From: an uncultured delta proteobacterium
Lineage (GTDB): Bacteria > Desulfobacterota > Desulfomonilia > Desulfomonilales > Desulfomonilaceae
Length of the DNA stretch: 64,000 nt
NCBI GenBank assembly: GCA_963741625.1
Contig: CAVUIT010000001.1
Span: 93,711 to 157,710 of the forward strand
Direction of reading: 5' to 3'
The notes under the pieces are model-generated. The model worked only from the letters and a program-made list of their open reading frames with translations. It did not search any database and was not told the origin of the DNA. This document shows positions 10,067-20,013 of this stretch, piece by piece. Every line of letters begins with the position of its first letter. Position 1 is the first letter of the stretch. Made by a program: the position numbers and the translations under genes.

Positions 10067-11260
10067 CTAGAACCGCGGCTTGAAGATGGTGTAATCTTCG
10101 AGGGGAACGTGTTTCCCTTTTTGGGCCTGACTCATTCGGGAAGCGTTCACCCCATGCCTGCGATCCGGTGCGTATGTGACGGGAGCGCCTATGCCTTCGG
10201 GCTTCCAGTCTTTGACCTTCTCCATCCCTTTGATCATGCTTTCGGGGGTCAGTTCACGGCCTGCGTTCTTCAGACCTTCTACGAAGTGCATCATCGAAAC
10301 CGCGCCGAAAAGGGCCAGATACTCTTTTCCCTGGATCTTAGGGTCATACTTCTTCAAGATCTCCACAGCCTTGTCTGAAGCAGCATCCGCTCCCGGAATA
10401 CCGGAGTTGCCCGGAAGCGCGATATATGTGCCTTCCCAGACTTCGCCCGCGAGGCTGTACATGATGGGATCGCCCAGGGTAAAGGTGACCAAAGTCTTGG
10501 GCCTATAACCGATCTTTGCGATTTCTTTGAGTATGAGTGCTCCGTGCTTCATGGTCGTGTAGATCAGAAGAGCATCCGCTCCCGTCTCCTTCAGTTTGAG
10601 CGCATGGGTGCTCAACGCCGCCTCGGAAACTTCATAGGGAACGGCTCCCGCAAGTTGCGCTTTACCTTGAACAGCTTCGAGCCCTTTCCTCACACCGGAC
10701 AATGCCATTTTTCCGTAGTCGTCGTTCTGGTAGAAAAGTGCTATCTTTTTTGCTCCGAGCTTATTGACCGCGTATTTCGTGAGGTAATCCGCTTCATCTT
10801 CGTAATCCGGATACGCTACGAAAACGTATTTCAGCTTGTCTTTGGGCAGTTCGACCCAAATGCGGACGTCTCCATAAGCCGTAATCAAAGGGATTTTGTT
10901 TTCCGCGAAGAAATCTTTCGAGGCGTTGAGGATGGCGGTGCCCAGCAATCCGCAGACTGCGAAGACATTACCCTTCATCTCTTGAAGGTTGGCCAGAGCG
11001 CGCGTGGGATTGTAACCGTCGTCTTTCAGAACGACCTTGATTTTCCGGCCATTGACGCCGCCTTGATCGTTGACGTAGTCGGCCCAGGCCTTCATCCCCG
11101 CTCCGGTGACGCCCCAGAGAGCAGCGGGGCCGGACAGCGGAGTGGTCACCCCGACAACGACTTCCGTGTCGGTCACCCCGGGAACATCGGCCGCAGGGAC
11201 GATTCCAGGCGTGAGGAGAATCAGCGCTGTGAAAAGGAAAATCAACCCTTTGACATTCAT
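10067..11260 (-). CDS. Periplasmic substrate-binding protein, LivK/LivJ (type I PBP) family
   Basis: 397 aa, N-terminal signal peptide, first gene of the liv-like operon. Confidence 0.85.
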   Translation of the reverse strand: MNVKGLIFLFTALILLTPGIVPAADVPGVTDTEVVVGVTTPLSGPAALWGVTGAGMKAWADYVNDQGGVNGRKIKVVLKDDGYNPTRALANLQEMKGNVFAVCGLLGTAILNASKDFFAENKIPLITAYGDVRIWVELPKDKLKYVFVAYPDYEDEADYLTKYAVNKLGAKKIALFYQNDDYGKMALSGVRKGLEAVQGKAQLAGAVPYEVSEAALSTHALKLKETGADALLIYTTMKHGALILKEIAKIGYRPKTLVTFTLGDPIMYSLAGEVWEGTYIALPGNSGIPGADAASDKAVEILKKYDPKIQGKEYLALFGAVSMMHFVEGLKNAGRELTPESMIKGMEKVKDWKPEGIGAPVTYAPDRRHGVNASRMSQAQKGKHVPLEDYTIFKPRF

Positions 11261-11677
11261 GACAACACCTCCTTGTATTTACGGAGAGCTCGTTCACAGA
11301 AAGTCGCCTTCATGGAGCGACCGTGAGTGCGTTGAATGCGGGCCAAACCCCCGAGCGCGGGGATATTTCTTCAACCTCAAAGCGGTGTCAGATGTTGAGG
11401 CGCGTTTCGCTGTGGAAGTCCATTCTCAAGTGCCTGTCGGCAAATTCTGGGGAACGTGTTCCGCTTCAAAGGTGTGGCCTGAATTGACTCCACCTGTATC
11501 CTACTCACGTTGCAGAGAACGCACAAACTTATGCTGTTAAGCTATTAAGACCGGGAATTTGAATTTGTCCGAGAAAAGTTAGAAGCGATGGTTAAAGTAC
11601 ACGACTTCAACAGTGAGATCAACAGAAATGATGTGACAATCGTGACCATTCACTTACGCGGAGAATCGTCGGGTGCC

Positions 11678-11914
11678 TGTCATTGCGAGGAGTGAAACGA
11701 CGAAGCAATCTCATTGATGTGACCGCCCCACGCGGAACGCGGGATTGCCGGCCATTCGTCGTGCAGTACGGCGATCCGGCGATAGCGCCGGCGTCCCTGC
11801 CGGCTGAATGCACGACCGGCACGGAGGCCGGTCCTACTGGATTCCCGCGTACGCGGGAATGACGACGGGCGGGACCCTTCCCACTGGGGATTGCTTCGCT
11901 CCGCTCGCAATGAC
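11678..11914. repeat. Composite REP-like element bounded by inverted GTCATTGCGAGG...CTCGCAATGAC arms
   Basis: Left arm is GTCATTGCGAGGAGTGAAACGACGAAGCAATC. Right arm is GGATTGCTTCGCTCCGCTCGCAATGAC. Related arms recur at 56270-56620. Confidence 0.6.
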
Positions 11915-11999
11915 AATCTTTAGCCGGGACAACTGAGGGATTAGTCAAAACCATCTCTAAATAGGATCTTGTTCAGGAGGGTTCGGTATGCTGAACGAA

Positions 12000-13142
12000 T
12001 TAGAGAATCATCTTGGAGATGATCTCTTTCATGATCTCGGTCGTCCCGCCGCCGATGGACAATATGCGGCTGTCTCGGTATAGCCGCTCCACGAGGTACT
12101 CTCGCATGTACCCATAACCGCCGTGAATCTGTACCGCCTCACGGCAGACACGGTCGCAAATCTCCGCGGAGAAGATCTTGGCCATGGAGATCTCTTTCAC
12201 CATGTTTTCGCCGGCTTGGATCTTAGCCGCAACACGGTATGTGAATTCCCTGCTGATCTCCACCGAGGTAGCCATGTCCACCAGCTTGTGCCTGGTGACC
12301 TGAAAGCCTGTAAGCGGCCTCCCAAAAGCTTCCCTGACCCGCGCGTAATTGATGGACTCATCGAGAGCCAATTGAGCGGTGGCGTTTGCCATGAGGGCCA
12401 TGTACAACCGTTCTCTCTGGAAGTTGTGCATCAGACCGTAGAATGCCGACCCTTCCTCACCCAGGAGGTTTTCCACAGGCACCCGTACATCGTCCAAAGC
12501 CAGTTCGGCAGTATCCGACGCCCACCACCCCATCTTCCGAAGTTTCTTGGAGACTATGAAACCCGGGCTGTCGGTTTCCACAACCAGGAGGCTGACCCCT
12601 CGATGGCCCGGCCCTCCTGTACGAACTGCCATAGTCACAAAGTCGGCCCGCGTTCCGGAGGTGATCATAGTCTTCGAGCCGTTGACGATGTAATGGCTGC
12701 CATCGCGCACCGCACACGTACGGATGTTGGCCACATCCGATCCACCGCCTGGTTCCGTAACCCCAAGGGCAGCAATCTTTTCTCCCCGCAGGACCGGAGG
12801 TATGAATCGCGCTTTCTGCTCTGCGTTGCCAAGGGCGACAATGGGCGGCAGGGCAATCCCGTGAGACATAAGCCCCGCCGCCACTCCGCCCGATCCCGAC
12901 CGGATCAGCTCCTCGGTTACCACCACCACGTGGAAGATGTCGGTCTCGATGCCGCTCCACTCCTGTGGATAACAAACACCTAACAGGCCAACCTCAGCGG
13001 CTTTACGGTAAAGCTCCCGCGGGAACTCTCCCGCTTCCTCCCATGAATCCACGTGAGGCTTAATCTCCCGTTCGACGAACCTGGCGACCGTCTGCCTCAG
13101 GATGTGGTGGGTCTCCTGGAAGTAATCCAGACCAGCGTTCAT
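12000..13142 (-). CDS. Acyl-CoA dehydrogenase
   Basis: 380 aa, typical ACAD length and motifs (GVTEPGGGSD, IHGGYGYMREY). Confidence 0.85.
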   Translation of the reverse strand: MNAGLDYFQETHHILRQTVARFVEREIKPHVDSWEEAGEFPRELYRKAAEVGLLGVCYPQEWSGIETDIFHVVVVTEELIRSGSGGVAAGLMSHGIALPPIVALGNAEQKARFIPPVLRGEKIAALGVTEPGGGSDVANIRTCAVRDGSHYIVNGSKTMITSGTRADFVTMAVRTGGPGHRGVSLLVVETDSPGFIVSKKLRKMGWWASDTAELALDDVRVPVENLLGEEGSAFYGLMHNFQRERLYMALMANATAQLALDESINYARVREAFGRPLTGFQVTRHKLVDMATSVEISREFTYRVAAKIQAGENMVKEISMAKIFSAEICDRVCREAVQIHGGYGYMREYLVERLYRDSRILSIGGGTTEIMKEIISKMIL

Positions 13143-13174
13143 ACCCAGTTCCTTGCCGCTTTACAGGGAGATGC

Positions 13175-13975
13175 TCAAGCCAACGGAAAGAGATTCGGGA
13201 TGCGCTGCGCGGCCATGATATCCCCCGTGGCTTTGAGCTTGCCGGTCATGAACGCAGTCATGCCGTTCAAGGTACCGTTGCACATGGCAAGCCAGTCCAC
13301 ATCAGCCATCGTAAGGCTCACGCTCGGGCTCTCGTGCACGCCCTTACTAACCTGGCATGCGCTGTCTTTGATGACCACATTCCAGTCACCGGCTTGGTCG
13401 CCCGTGATATGAAACTGGTAGACCACGTTTAGACCTGAGGCGGCCGAGGGATTAAACACCTCCGGCATCTTTTCAAAAACCTCGTTCACAGTACTAAGTG
13501 CCATTTTCTTGTCCTCTCTGTTTTTCTTCCTTGAAAATAGTTGCTCGTGTTTTGGCGGTGGAATGACAACGGCTTCACCCGTGGCCACAATTTCTTCCCG
13601 CTGGTTGGTCCATACAAGCGACATGCGTACACGCCGCTTGTCCTCTAACTTTTCCGCGACCTCGGCCGTCGCGGTAATTGTGTCTCCAAAAAACGTAGGC
13701 GCCCGAAAGCGTGTGGTTATCTCAAGCGCTATGGTCCCCAAGCCGGGAAGCTTCATTCCCAGGACCGGAGCGATCAGACTCTGGGGGAGAGCGCCATGGG
13801 CAATGCGTTTGCCGAAAGATGTAAGACGAGCGAACTCCTCGTTAACGTGCATGGGATTGAAATCACCGCTTATCCCGGCAAAAAGGTACACGTCGGTCTC
13901 GGTAACGGTCTTGCTGAAGGACGCCTTCATGCCGACCTGAAGTTGATCGTAATTCAAACCCAGCTCAAATTGCAT
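13175..13975 (-). CDS. MaoC-like dehydratase (single hot-dog) fused to SCP2 domain
   Basis: FAGISGDFNPMHVNEEFA hydratase motif. C-terminal SCP2-like MTGKLKATGDIMAAQRIPNLF. Confidence 0.8.
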   Translation of the reverse strand: MQFELGLNYDQLQVGMKASFSKTVTETDVYLFAGISGDFNPMHVNEEFARLTSFGKRIAHGALPQSLIAPVLGMKLPGLGTIALEITTRFRAPTFFGDTITATAEVAEKLEDKRRVRMSLVWTNQREEIVATGEAVVIPPPKHEQLFSRKKNREDKKMALSTVNEVFEKMPEVFNPSAASGLNVVYQFHITGDQAGDWNVVIKDSACQVSKGVHESPSVSLTMADVDWLAMCNGTLNGMTAFMTGKLKATGDIMAAQRIPNLFPLA

Positions 13976-13996
13976 GCGAATTTGTCTCCCAAAGCC

Positions 13997-14885
13997 TCAT
14001 TTGTTGTCAAGCTTGAGCCTCGCCCGGCACTCTTCTACAGTGGCAGGCTCTCGCCCCTGGTCCCGGACCATTCGTGCCGCCTTCTCGACGAGGTCGCCGT
14101 TGGATTTTGCCATAACACCGGCGCTTAAGTAAAAATTATCTTCCAGGCCTACCCGTATGTTACCACCCAACCCGATTGCCGCGGCCACAAGGCGCCACTG
14201 ATCGAGGCTGATCCCGATGACCTCCCAGTCGCTTCCTGCAGGCAAGAGTTCCACCATGCGTACGAGGTTCGGGATCGTAGGGGGGATTCCTCCCAGCACG
14301 CCCATGATAAGGCTGTACCTGGTACGGCGGCTGTAGGAGCCCCATGTCAATCAACGGGAAAGAATTGCCGACCTGTCCAAGATCGAAGCACTCAAGTTCC
14401 GGCTTGGTACCGACCTCATTCATGGCACGGACAATTTCTATGATCTCGGAGAAGGGGTTGGGAAATACGAACTCAAAGACGAACTTCTTCTTTTCGGAAT
14501 GATATTTCGCGTAGTTCATCGACCCCATATTGAGGGCGCCGATCGCGGGCTTGACTGCTTGAATGTGCGCAATCTTCTGCTGTGTGGTGATATTGATTGC
14601 GCCGGTGGAGAAATTGATGATGATCGGGCAGGTCGCGGTAACGGCTTCATAGATGTTTCGGTAATCCTGGATTTCATAGCTCGGGAGACCTTCAGGGGTC
14701 CGCGCGTGGATATGTACCACAGCAGCCCCAGCCTCGTATGCACGTTTGGCTTCCGCCGCATAATCTTCGGGCGCGTAGGGAATGGCCGGACATTGGTCCC
14801 GATTGGCCACGACGCCCGACAGTGCGCATGTGATCATGCATGACCGCTCAAAATCTTGGTTGTCTTTTATCCAAAGTGACGGCAT
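13997..14885 (-). CDS. BKACE-family (3-keto-5-aminohexanoate cleavage-like, DUF849) enzyme, split by one frameshift (~14318-14322)
   Basis: ORF 14160..14885 (MITCALSGVV...HIHARTPEG) continues in ORF 13997..14350 (YSLIMGVLGGIPPT...GGNIRVGLEDN). Confidence 0.75.
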
Positions 14886-14901
14886 GCTTCAACGACCTCC
14901 C

Positions 14902-15675
14902 TTAACGCCCTCTCCACACGGGCTCTCGTTTCTCCAGGAACGCTGTCAGGCCCTCTCTCGCATCTTCGGTCCCTGCCACGATGCCGAACTGGGCGCAAAG
15001 GTAATCCAGCGCCTCATCCAGTTCCATGTCCTGGGTAGCTGCCAGAGCCTTTCGACCCAACCGCACCGCCAGCGGCGCTTTTGTCGAGATGGACTTCAAC
15101 GTTTCATCCACAACTCGATCCAGATCTTCGGCGGGAACGGCCCTGGTAACAAATCCAATATCCTCTGCCTCAGCGGCTGAAAGCATTCTGGCAGTGTAGA
15201 TCATTTCCAGCGCCTTTTTCCGCCTCGCGTTGCGAAATATCAGCGCGGTTATCATCATAGGAAACAGGCCCACATTGACTTCCGGGGTCCCGAACTTTAC
15301 CCCCTCCCGTGCGTAAACCATATCACAGGAAAGTATCAGCCCTATGCCGCCGGCCACACAGTGACCATTCACTCGGGCCGTGAGTGGTTTCGAGAATGAC
15401 GCGAATTTCTTGAGCAGTACCGTGAATTTCTCGATTCCTTCTGTATGGCCGTCCCCTCCGATGGTTGAGACGAGGTCCGCGCCCGAACAGAAAACCTTGT
15501 CACCCATCCCGGTCATGCAAACTCCCCGGACGTTGTCGTCCGCCTCGGCACGATCCAGGTACTCCAGAAATAGATCGATCATTTCCGGGCTCAGGGCATT
15601 GCTTCGCGACTCCCGGTTAATGGTCATCCACGCGATCTTGTCCTTCACTTCGTAAAGCAGATCCGGTTCACTCAT
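14902..15675 (-). CDS. Enoyl-CoA hydratase/isomerase (crotonase family; position fits methylglutaconyl-CoA hydratase)
   Basis: MSEPDLLYEVKDKIAWMTINRESRSNAL from ATG 15675. FCSGADL and GHCVAGGIGL motifs. Confidence 0.85.
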   Translation of the reverse strand: MSEPDLLYEVKDKIAWMTINRESRSNALSPEMIDLFLEYLDRAEADDNVRGVCMTGMGDKVFCSGADLVSTIGGDGHTEGIEKFTVLLKKFASFSKPLTARVNGHCVAGGIGLILSCDMVYAREGVKFGTPEVNVGLFPMMITALIFRNARRKKALEMIYTARMLSAAEAEDIGFVTRAVPAEDLDRVVDETLKSISTKAPLAVRLGRKALAATQDMELDEALDYLCAQFGIVAGTEDAREGLTAFLEKREPVWRGR

Positions 15676-15696
15676 CTTTGCTACCTTCCGGAGAAG

Positions 15697-15863
15697 TTCA
15701 CCGCAGAGATCGCGGAGAACGCAGAGGAATCCGTTTTCGTTCCGTTTGTATCGGACTGGTAGGTCGGGCCGTGCCCGACGCAGTCTGGCAACCACGGTTC
15801 GCCTTGCAGACGAGTGTGCAATTTATTTGTCATCTCTGCGTTCTCCGCGCACTCTGCGGTGAA
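15697..15863. mobile_element. ORF-less miniature element carrying the same ~31-bp terminal inverted repeats as the GxxExxY element at 19558-20013
   Basis: Left TIR is TTCACCGCAGAGATCGCGGAGAACGCAGAGGA. Right TIR is TCTCTGCGTTCTCCGCGCACTCTGCGGTGAA. About 100 bp lies between them with no ORF. Confidence 0.6.
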
Positions 15864-15884
15864 TGTGCCTTGCCCTGTGCACAG

Positions 15885-16394
15885 TTATCCTTCCGACTCG
15901 GCATCAATCTCGACAAGGATCTCTCCGGGACTCACCTGCGCGCCAACCTGCGTGTTGACGGCTCGAACCGTGCCTGAATATGGCGCGACTAAGGTCATCT
16001 CCATTTTCATGGCCGATACCACTACCAGACCCTGTCCCTTTACCACTTCACGGCCCACTTCCACGAGCACCCGCACCACCGATGCCGGGGTGGGAGGCGT
16101 GACCTCACACGGTGTCTCAGCAAAACCGCGAGCCTTCCGGCGTTCGACTATACCGGCATCCTGAACCAGTCTCGCCCGGCCATCGAGCCAAATCCAGCTC
16201 CCTTCCGAGGTACGGGCCACAAAAAGGTTCGCAGTCCGGCATCCGACACGGAGGTGGAGATGGTTGGGTGCAACCGCGCTCACAGTGACAGCTCGTGTTT
16301 CGCCTTCCAGTACCATGTTGGTAGAGCCTGAATCGTCCAAAGGGGCCGCGTCAACCGTGTAGATTTCCGGGCCTATTTTGACCTTGTATTCCAT
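15885..16394 (-). CDS. Biotin-carboxyl-carrier (biotinyl/lipoyl) C-terminal part of the carboxylase alpha subunit
   Basis: MEYKVKIG... with biotinylation motif SAMKMEM. Lies in a different frame from the upstream biotin carboxylase, 12 nt downstream of its stop. Confidence 0.8.
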   Translation of the reverse strand: MEYKVKIGPEIYTVDAAPLDDSGSTNMVLEGETRAVTVSAVAPNHLHLRVGCRTANLFVARTSEGSWIWLDGRARLVQDAGIVERRKARGFAETPCEVTPPTPASVVRVLVEVGREVVKGQGLVVVSAMKMEMTLVAPYSGTVRAVNTQVGAQVSPGEILVEIDAESEG

Positions 16395-16408
16395 GGTTCT
16401 GCCACTCC

Positions 16409-17908
16409 TCAGTGGCCTAAATCCCAGGTCCCGAGTCGCTGCCAGGGAGAAAGCCATTCATCGGCCCTTGCTCGCTCGTTCCCTTGAGGAGAAAATCCGG
16501 GACCAGCTATTTCATGAGCCACGAAGCCCAGCACGGCTAGATCATCCAAAACCCGGTCGGGCTGCCACTGAGCGAAGTTCTCCTCGATGAACCCCGTGTG
16601 GGTACGGCCTGACCGAAAAGGCTCCGAGGATACCACATCCACCAAGAATTCAATCGGAGTTTTGACGCCCAAGATTACGCACTCTTTCAAAGCGCGGATC
16701 ATTCGCTCCACAGCCGAAGGGCGATCCTCGGCCCATACCACAAGCTTACCCAGGATCGGGTCGTATTGAAGAGGCACCTGGAATCCTGCATATACTCCGT
16801 GGTCATACCGAATTCCCGGCCCTTCAGGCGCCCTGACAAAGAGGATCTGGCCCGGCGCGGGCATAAAGTTGCATGCGGGATCCTCCGCGTAGATACGGCA
16901 CTCGATCGCATGCCCCCGACGATTGACGTCCGCCTGGGTAAAAGGCAAAGGCTGCCCCGCGGCAACCTCGATTTGACGGCGAACCAGATCAAGACCGGTG
17001 GTCAGTTCCGTTATGGGGTGCTCGACCTGGAGCCGGGTATTGACCTCCAAGAAGTAGAACTCTCCGGACCTGTCCAAGAGGAACTCCACCGTACCCGCAT
17101 TGACATAACCCGCGGCACGGGCAGCAGCCACTGCGGCAGCGCCCATGCGGTCACGTAATTCATCGGTCAACGCGACTGAAGGGGTCTCTTCGATGATTTT
17201 TTGATGCCTGCGCTGTATCGAGCACTCACGCTCGAAGAGATGCACCACGTTGCCGTGAGCATCGGCCAGTATCTGAAATTCGACATGCCGAGGCTTATCC
17301 AAATATTTTTCCAGGTAGATGGACCCGTCGCCGAACGACGCCAGTGCCTCGCTTGCGGCCGTCTCCGCAGCCTCTGCCAAAGCGTCACGGCTCTCGACAA
17401 TTCGCATTCCCTTGCCGCCGCCGCCCGCTGCGGCCTTTACAAGGACCGGATAACCCAACTCCTCCGCCGCGGCACTGAGGTGAGAGTTGTCCGTGGCAGC
17501 CGTGGTCATGCCCGGTATGATAGGCACTTGATGTTCCATCATGAGCCGACGGGCTGTTGTCTTGTTGCCGAGCTTTGCCATGACTCCCGCGGGGGGGCCA
17601 ATGAAGACAAGATCTTCCGAAGCTACACGTTCTGCAAATGCCGGATTCTCAGCCAAGAAGCCGTACCCGGGATGAATCGCCTCCGCGCCGGTTTCTCGAG
17701 CCGCGGCTATAATTTTGTCTAAGTTGAGATAGCTGGAGGCCGGATCGGATTCTCCTAAGAACACCGCTTCGTCGGCAGTCAGAACGTGCAGCGCCTGACG
17801 GTCGGCTTCCGAATATACAGCCACAGTACGAATTCCCATTTCCACGGCTGTGCGCATGATGCGGACTGCGATTTCGCCCCGGTTGGCGATGAGTATTTTA
17901 GAAAACAT
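16409..17908 (-). CDS. Biotin carboxylase domain of acyl-CoA (methylcrotonyl-CoA-type) carboxylase alpha subunit
   Basis: MFSKILIANRGEIAVRI, ATP-grasp GGGGKGMR, 499 aa. Confidence 0.85.
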   Translation of the reverse strand: MFSKILIANRGEIAVRIMRTAVEMGIRTVAVYSEADRQALHVLTADEAVFLGESDPASSYLNLDKIIAAARETGAEAIHPGYGFLAENPAFAERVASEDLVFIGPPAGVMAKLGNKTTARRLMMEHQVPIIPGMTTAATDNSHLSAAAEELGYPVLVKAAAGGGGKGMRIVESRDALAEAAETAASEALASFGDGSIYLEKYLDKPRHVEFQILADAHGNVVHLFERECSIQRRHQKIIEETPSVALTDELRDRMGAAAVAAARAAGYVNAGTVEFLLDRSGEFYFLEVNTRLQVEHPITELTTGLDLVRRQIEVAAGQPLPFTQADVNRRGHAIECRIYAEDPACNFMPAPGQILFVRAPEGPGIRYDHGVYAGFQVPLQYDPILGKLVVWAEDRPSAVERMIRALKECVILGVKTPIEFLVDVVSSEPFRSGRTHTGFIEENFAQWQPDRVLDDLAVLGFVAHEIAGPGFSPQGNERARADEWLSPWQRLGTWDLGH

Positions 17909-17919
17909 CTGTCAGTCCT

Positions 17920-19536
17920 TCACATGCGGAACGTGCCGTGGCCCTGGTCGCGGTCGTCGAGCGAGGCATTGAGCGAAGCGGAAATCGCAAGACCCAGCAC
18001 ATCGCGGGTCATGGCCGGGTCCAAGATGCCGTCGTCCCACAGATTAGCGGTGCTGTAGTATGCGTTACCTTCATTCAGGGCCGACTGCATAATGGGCCCG
18101 CGTATCCCGTCGACTATCTCGGGAGGTAGGGGCGGCTGGCCTTCCCTGGCTAATTGGTCGTTCTTCACTGATACCAGGACATCCGCAGCCTGCTCACCGC
18201 CCATCACGCCTATCTGTGCGTTGGGCCACATCCAAAGGAAGCGAGGCGAATAAGCTCGCCCGCACATGCCGTAATTACCTGCGCCGAAAGAGGCCCCCAC
18301 AATGACGGTGAATTTCGGTACCGTCGCGGTGGAGACCGCGTGAACCATCTTGTGGCCGTCTTTCGTAATGCCGCCCCGCTCGTATTCCCGGCCGATTATG
18401 TAACCGTTGATGTTCTGGAGGAACAAGAGCGGGATACCCTGGCGATCGCAGAGCTGGATGAACTGGGTAGCCTTGAGCGAGCTATCCGAGAAGAGCACGC
18501 CGTTGTTTCCCAGTATTCCCACCTGATATCCGTGAATGTAAGCCCAGCCGCAAACCAGAGTAGGGCCATAAAGCGCTTTGAATTCCAGAAATTCGGAGCC
18601 GTCAACGATCCGAGCAATAATCTCTCTGACGTCGTACGGCGTAGAGATACTTTGTGGAACGATCCCCCAGATTTCCCGAGGATCATACAGCGGGTTCTTG
18701 GGAGGCCGCATAGGCACGCGGGCCTTTTCCTGCTGAGGCAGAATCGCGGTAATGTCACGGACGATTTGCAGGGCATGCTCGTCGTCCTCAGCGAAGTAAT
18801 CCGAAACGCCTGATTCCTGACAATGAACTCTTGCGCCGCCCAGATCTTCGGCCGTAACCTCTTCACCCGTGGCTGCCTTAACGAGCGGAGGCCCTCCGAG
18901 GAAGATCGCGCCCGTCCCGGTAACGTGAACCACATGGTCGGACATGGCCGGGATGTAAGCTCCGCCCGCTGTACATAACCCCATGACCGCGGTTATCTGC
19001 GGAATATTCATCTTCGACATCAATGCCTGGTTGTAAAAGATGCGGCCGCCATCATCCGCGTCCGGAAAAATCTCCGACTGGAGCGGCAAATAAGCCCCGC
19101 CGGAATCCACCAGCACGATCATTGGCAGCCGGTTCTCCATGGCAATGGTTTGGAAACGCAAGGTCTTCTTGACTCCCAGCGGATAGACCGTCCCGCCCTT
19201 GATCATGGGATCATTGGCATGGACTAAGACCTCGCGGCCTTGAACGAGTCCAATTCCTCCGCGGCTGCCCGCGCCATGAACCTTTCCGTCGTAAAGCCCT
19301 TTGGCCGCAAGTGGAGCAATCTCCAGCCAAGGCGTGTTCCGGTCCAGGAGCAGGTCTAGCCTTTTTTGGACCGGGAGCTTGCCCAGTTCGGCATTTCTGT
19401 GGAGGGCTTTCTCCGAACGATCTTCCCGGGCCTTTTTCATCTCAGCTTTGAGTTCGGCCACGAGTCGTTCCATGAGGGCATAATTGGCCTTGTACTCATC
19501 GCTTGCCGTGGAGATGCGAGTTTCAATAACTTCCAT
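17920..19536 (-). CDS. Carboxyltransferase (methylcrotonyl-CoA carboxylase beta subunit-like)
   Basis: Probable start MEVIETRISTASDEYKANY at 19536. About 538 aa, carboxyl_trans fold. Confidence 0.85.
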   Translation of the reverse strand: MEVIETRISTASDEYKANYALMERLVAELKAEMKKAREDRSEKALHRNAELGKLPVQKRLDLLLDRNTPWLEIAPLAAKGLYDGKVHGAGSRGGIGLVQGREVLVHANDPMIKGGTVYPLGVKKTLRFQTIAMENRLPMIVLVDSGGAYLPLQSEIFPDADDGGRIFYNQALMSKMNIPQITAVMGLCTAGGAYIPAMSDHVVHVTGTGAIFLGGPPLVKAATGEEVTAEDLGGARVHCQESGVSDYFAEDDEHALQIVRDITAILPQQEKARVPMRPPKNPLYDPREIWGIVPQSISTPYDVREIIARIVDGSEFLEFKALYGPTLVCGWAYIHGYQVGILGNNGVLFSDSSLKATQFIQLCDRQGIPLLFLQNINGYIIGREYERGGITKDGHKMVHAVSTATVPKFTVIVGASFGAGNYGMCGRAYSPRFLWMWPNAQIGVMGGEQAADVLVSVKNDQLAREGQPPLPPEIVDGIRGPIMQSALNEGNAYYSTANLWDDGILDPAMTRDVLGLAISASLNASLDDRDQGHGTFRM

Positions 19537-19557
19537 AAGACTACACCGAAGAGAATC

Positions 19558-20013
19558 ATTCACCGCGGAGAGCGCAGAGACCGCAGAGAAGAATTCTCTT
19601 TCAAATTGTTTACGAGACGACGTATTCCGCGTCGAAGCTCTATGACATTAAAGTTCAACAGCAAACCGATGGGAACGCCCGACAGTTTCAAATAGGAAAG
19701 AAGCTGAGCCTCGTGAATAGCCTCCAGTCTCTCGACCGCCTTGAGTTCAACAATCACCGAGTTCTCTACCAGCAGGTCAATCCGGTAACCGCAATCCAAA
19801 AGAATCTCTCGATACTTCACCGGTAGAACTTTTTGTCGTTCGAGTTTGAGCCCCCGTTCAGTCAGTTCATACGCGAGACAAGCCTCGTAGGTGGATTCCA
19901 GCAGACCTGGCCCGAGGTGGCGATGAACTTCAATCGCCGCACCAATTATGGTTTCCGTGGTTTTGTTATAGTCCATTATCAATCTCTGCGGTCTCAGCGC
20001 TCTCTGCGGTGAA
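19558..20013 (-). mobile_element. 456-bp unit: GxxExxY gene flanked by near-perfect 31-bp terminal inverted repeats
   Basis: 19558-19588 is TTCACCGCGGAGAGCGCAGAGACCGCAGAGA. 19983-20013 is TCTCTGCGGTCTCAGCGCTCTCTGCGGTGAA, its reverse complement apart from 3 mismatches. Confidence 0.6.
19560..19982 (-). CDS. GxxExxY protein (PD-(D/E)XK nuclease superfamily)
   Basis: 140 aa. Contains GPGLLESTYEACL (G-x-x-E-x-x-Y) and IDLLVENSVIVELK. Tail SSLRSLRSPR is encoded by the TIR. Confidence 0.8.
   Translation of the reverse strand: MIMDYNKTTETIIGAAIEVHRHLGPGLLESTYEACLAYELTERGLKLERQKVLPVKYREILLDCGYRIDLLVENSVIVELKAVERLEAIHEAQLLSYLKLSGVPIGLLLNFNVIELRRGIRRLVNNLKENSSLRSLRSPR

Noticed and set aside
12123-12983. 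Long antisense ORFs in the track (12123..12983 +, 10544..11326 +, 7225..7875 +, 28227..29006 +, 47505..48260 + and similar)
   Set aside because: They lie opposite strongly family-conserved genes, are Arg/Gly/Pro-rich and have no recognisable domains. These are the usual shadow ORFs of GC-rich coding DNA.
16394-16412. Calling the biotin carboxylase / BCCP junction a definite frameshift
   Set aside because: The combined length (~670 aa) fits a single alpha subunit, and the BC ORF ends in the expected SPW..LG.W.L motif. However, a good ATG (16394) follows the stop by 12 nt, so two separate genes remain possible. It is listed only as ambiguous.
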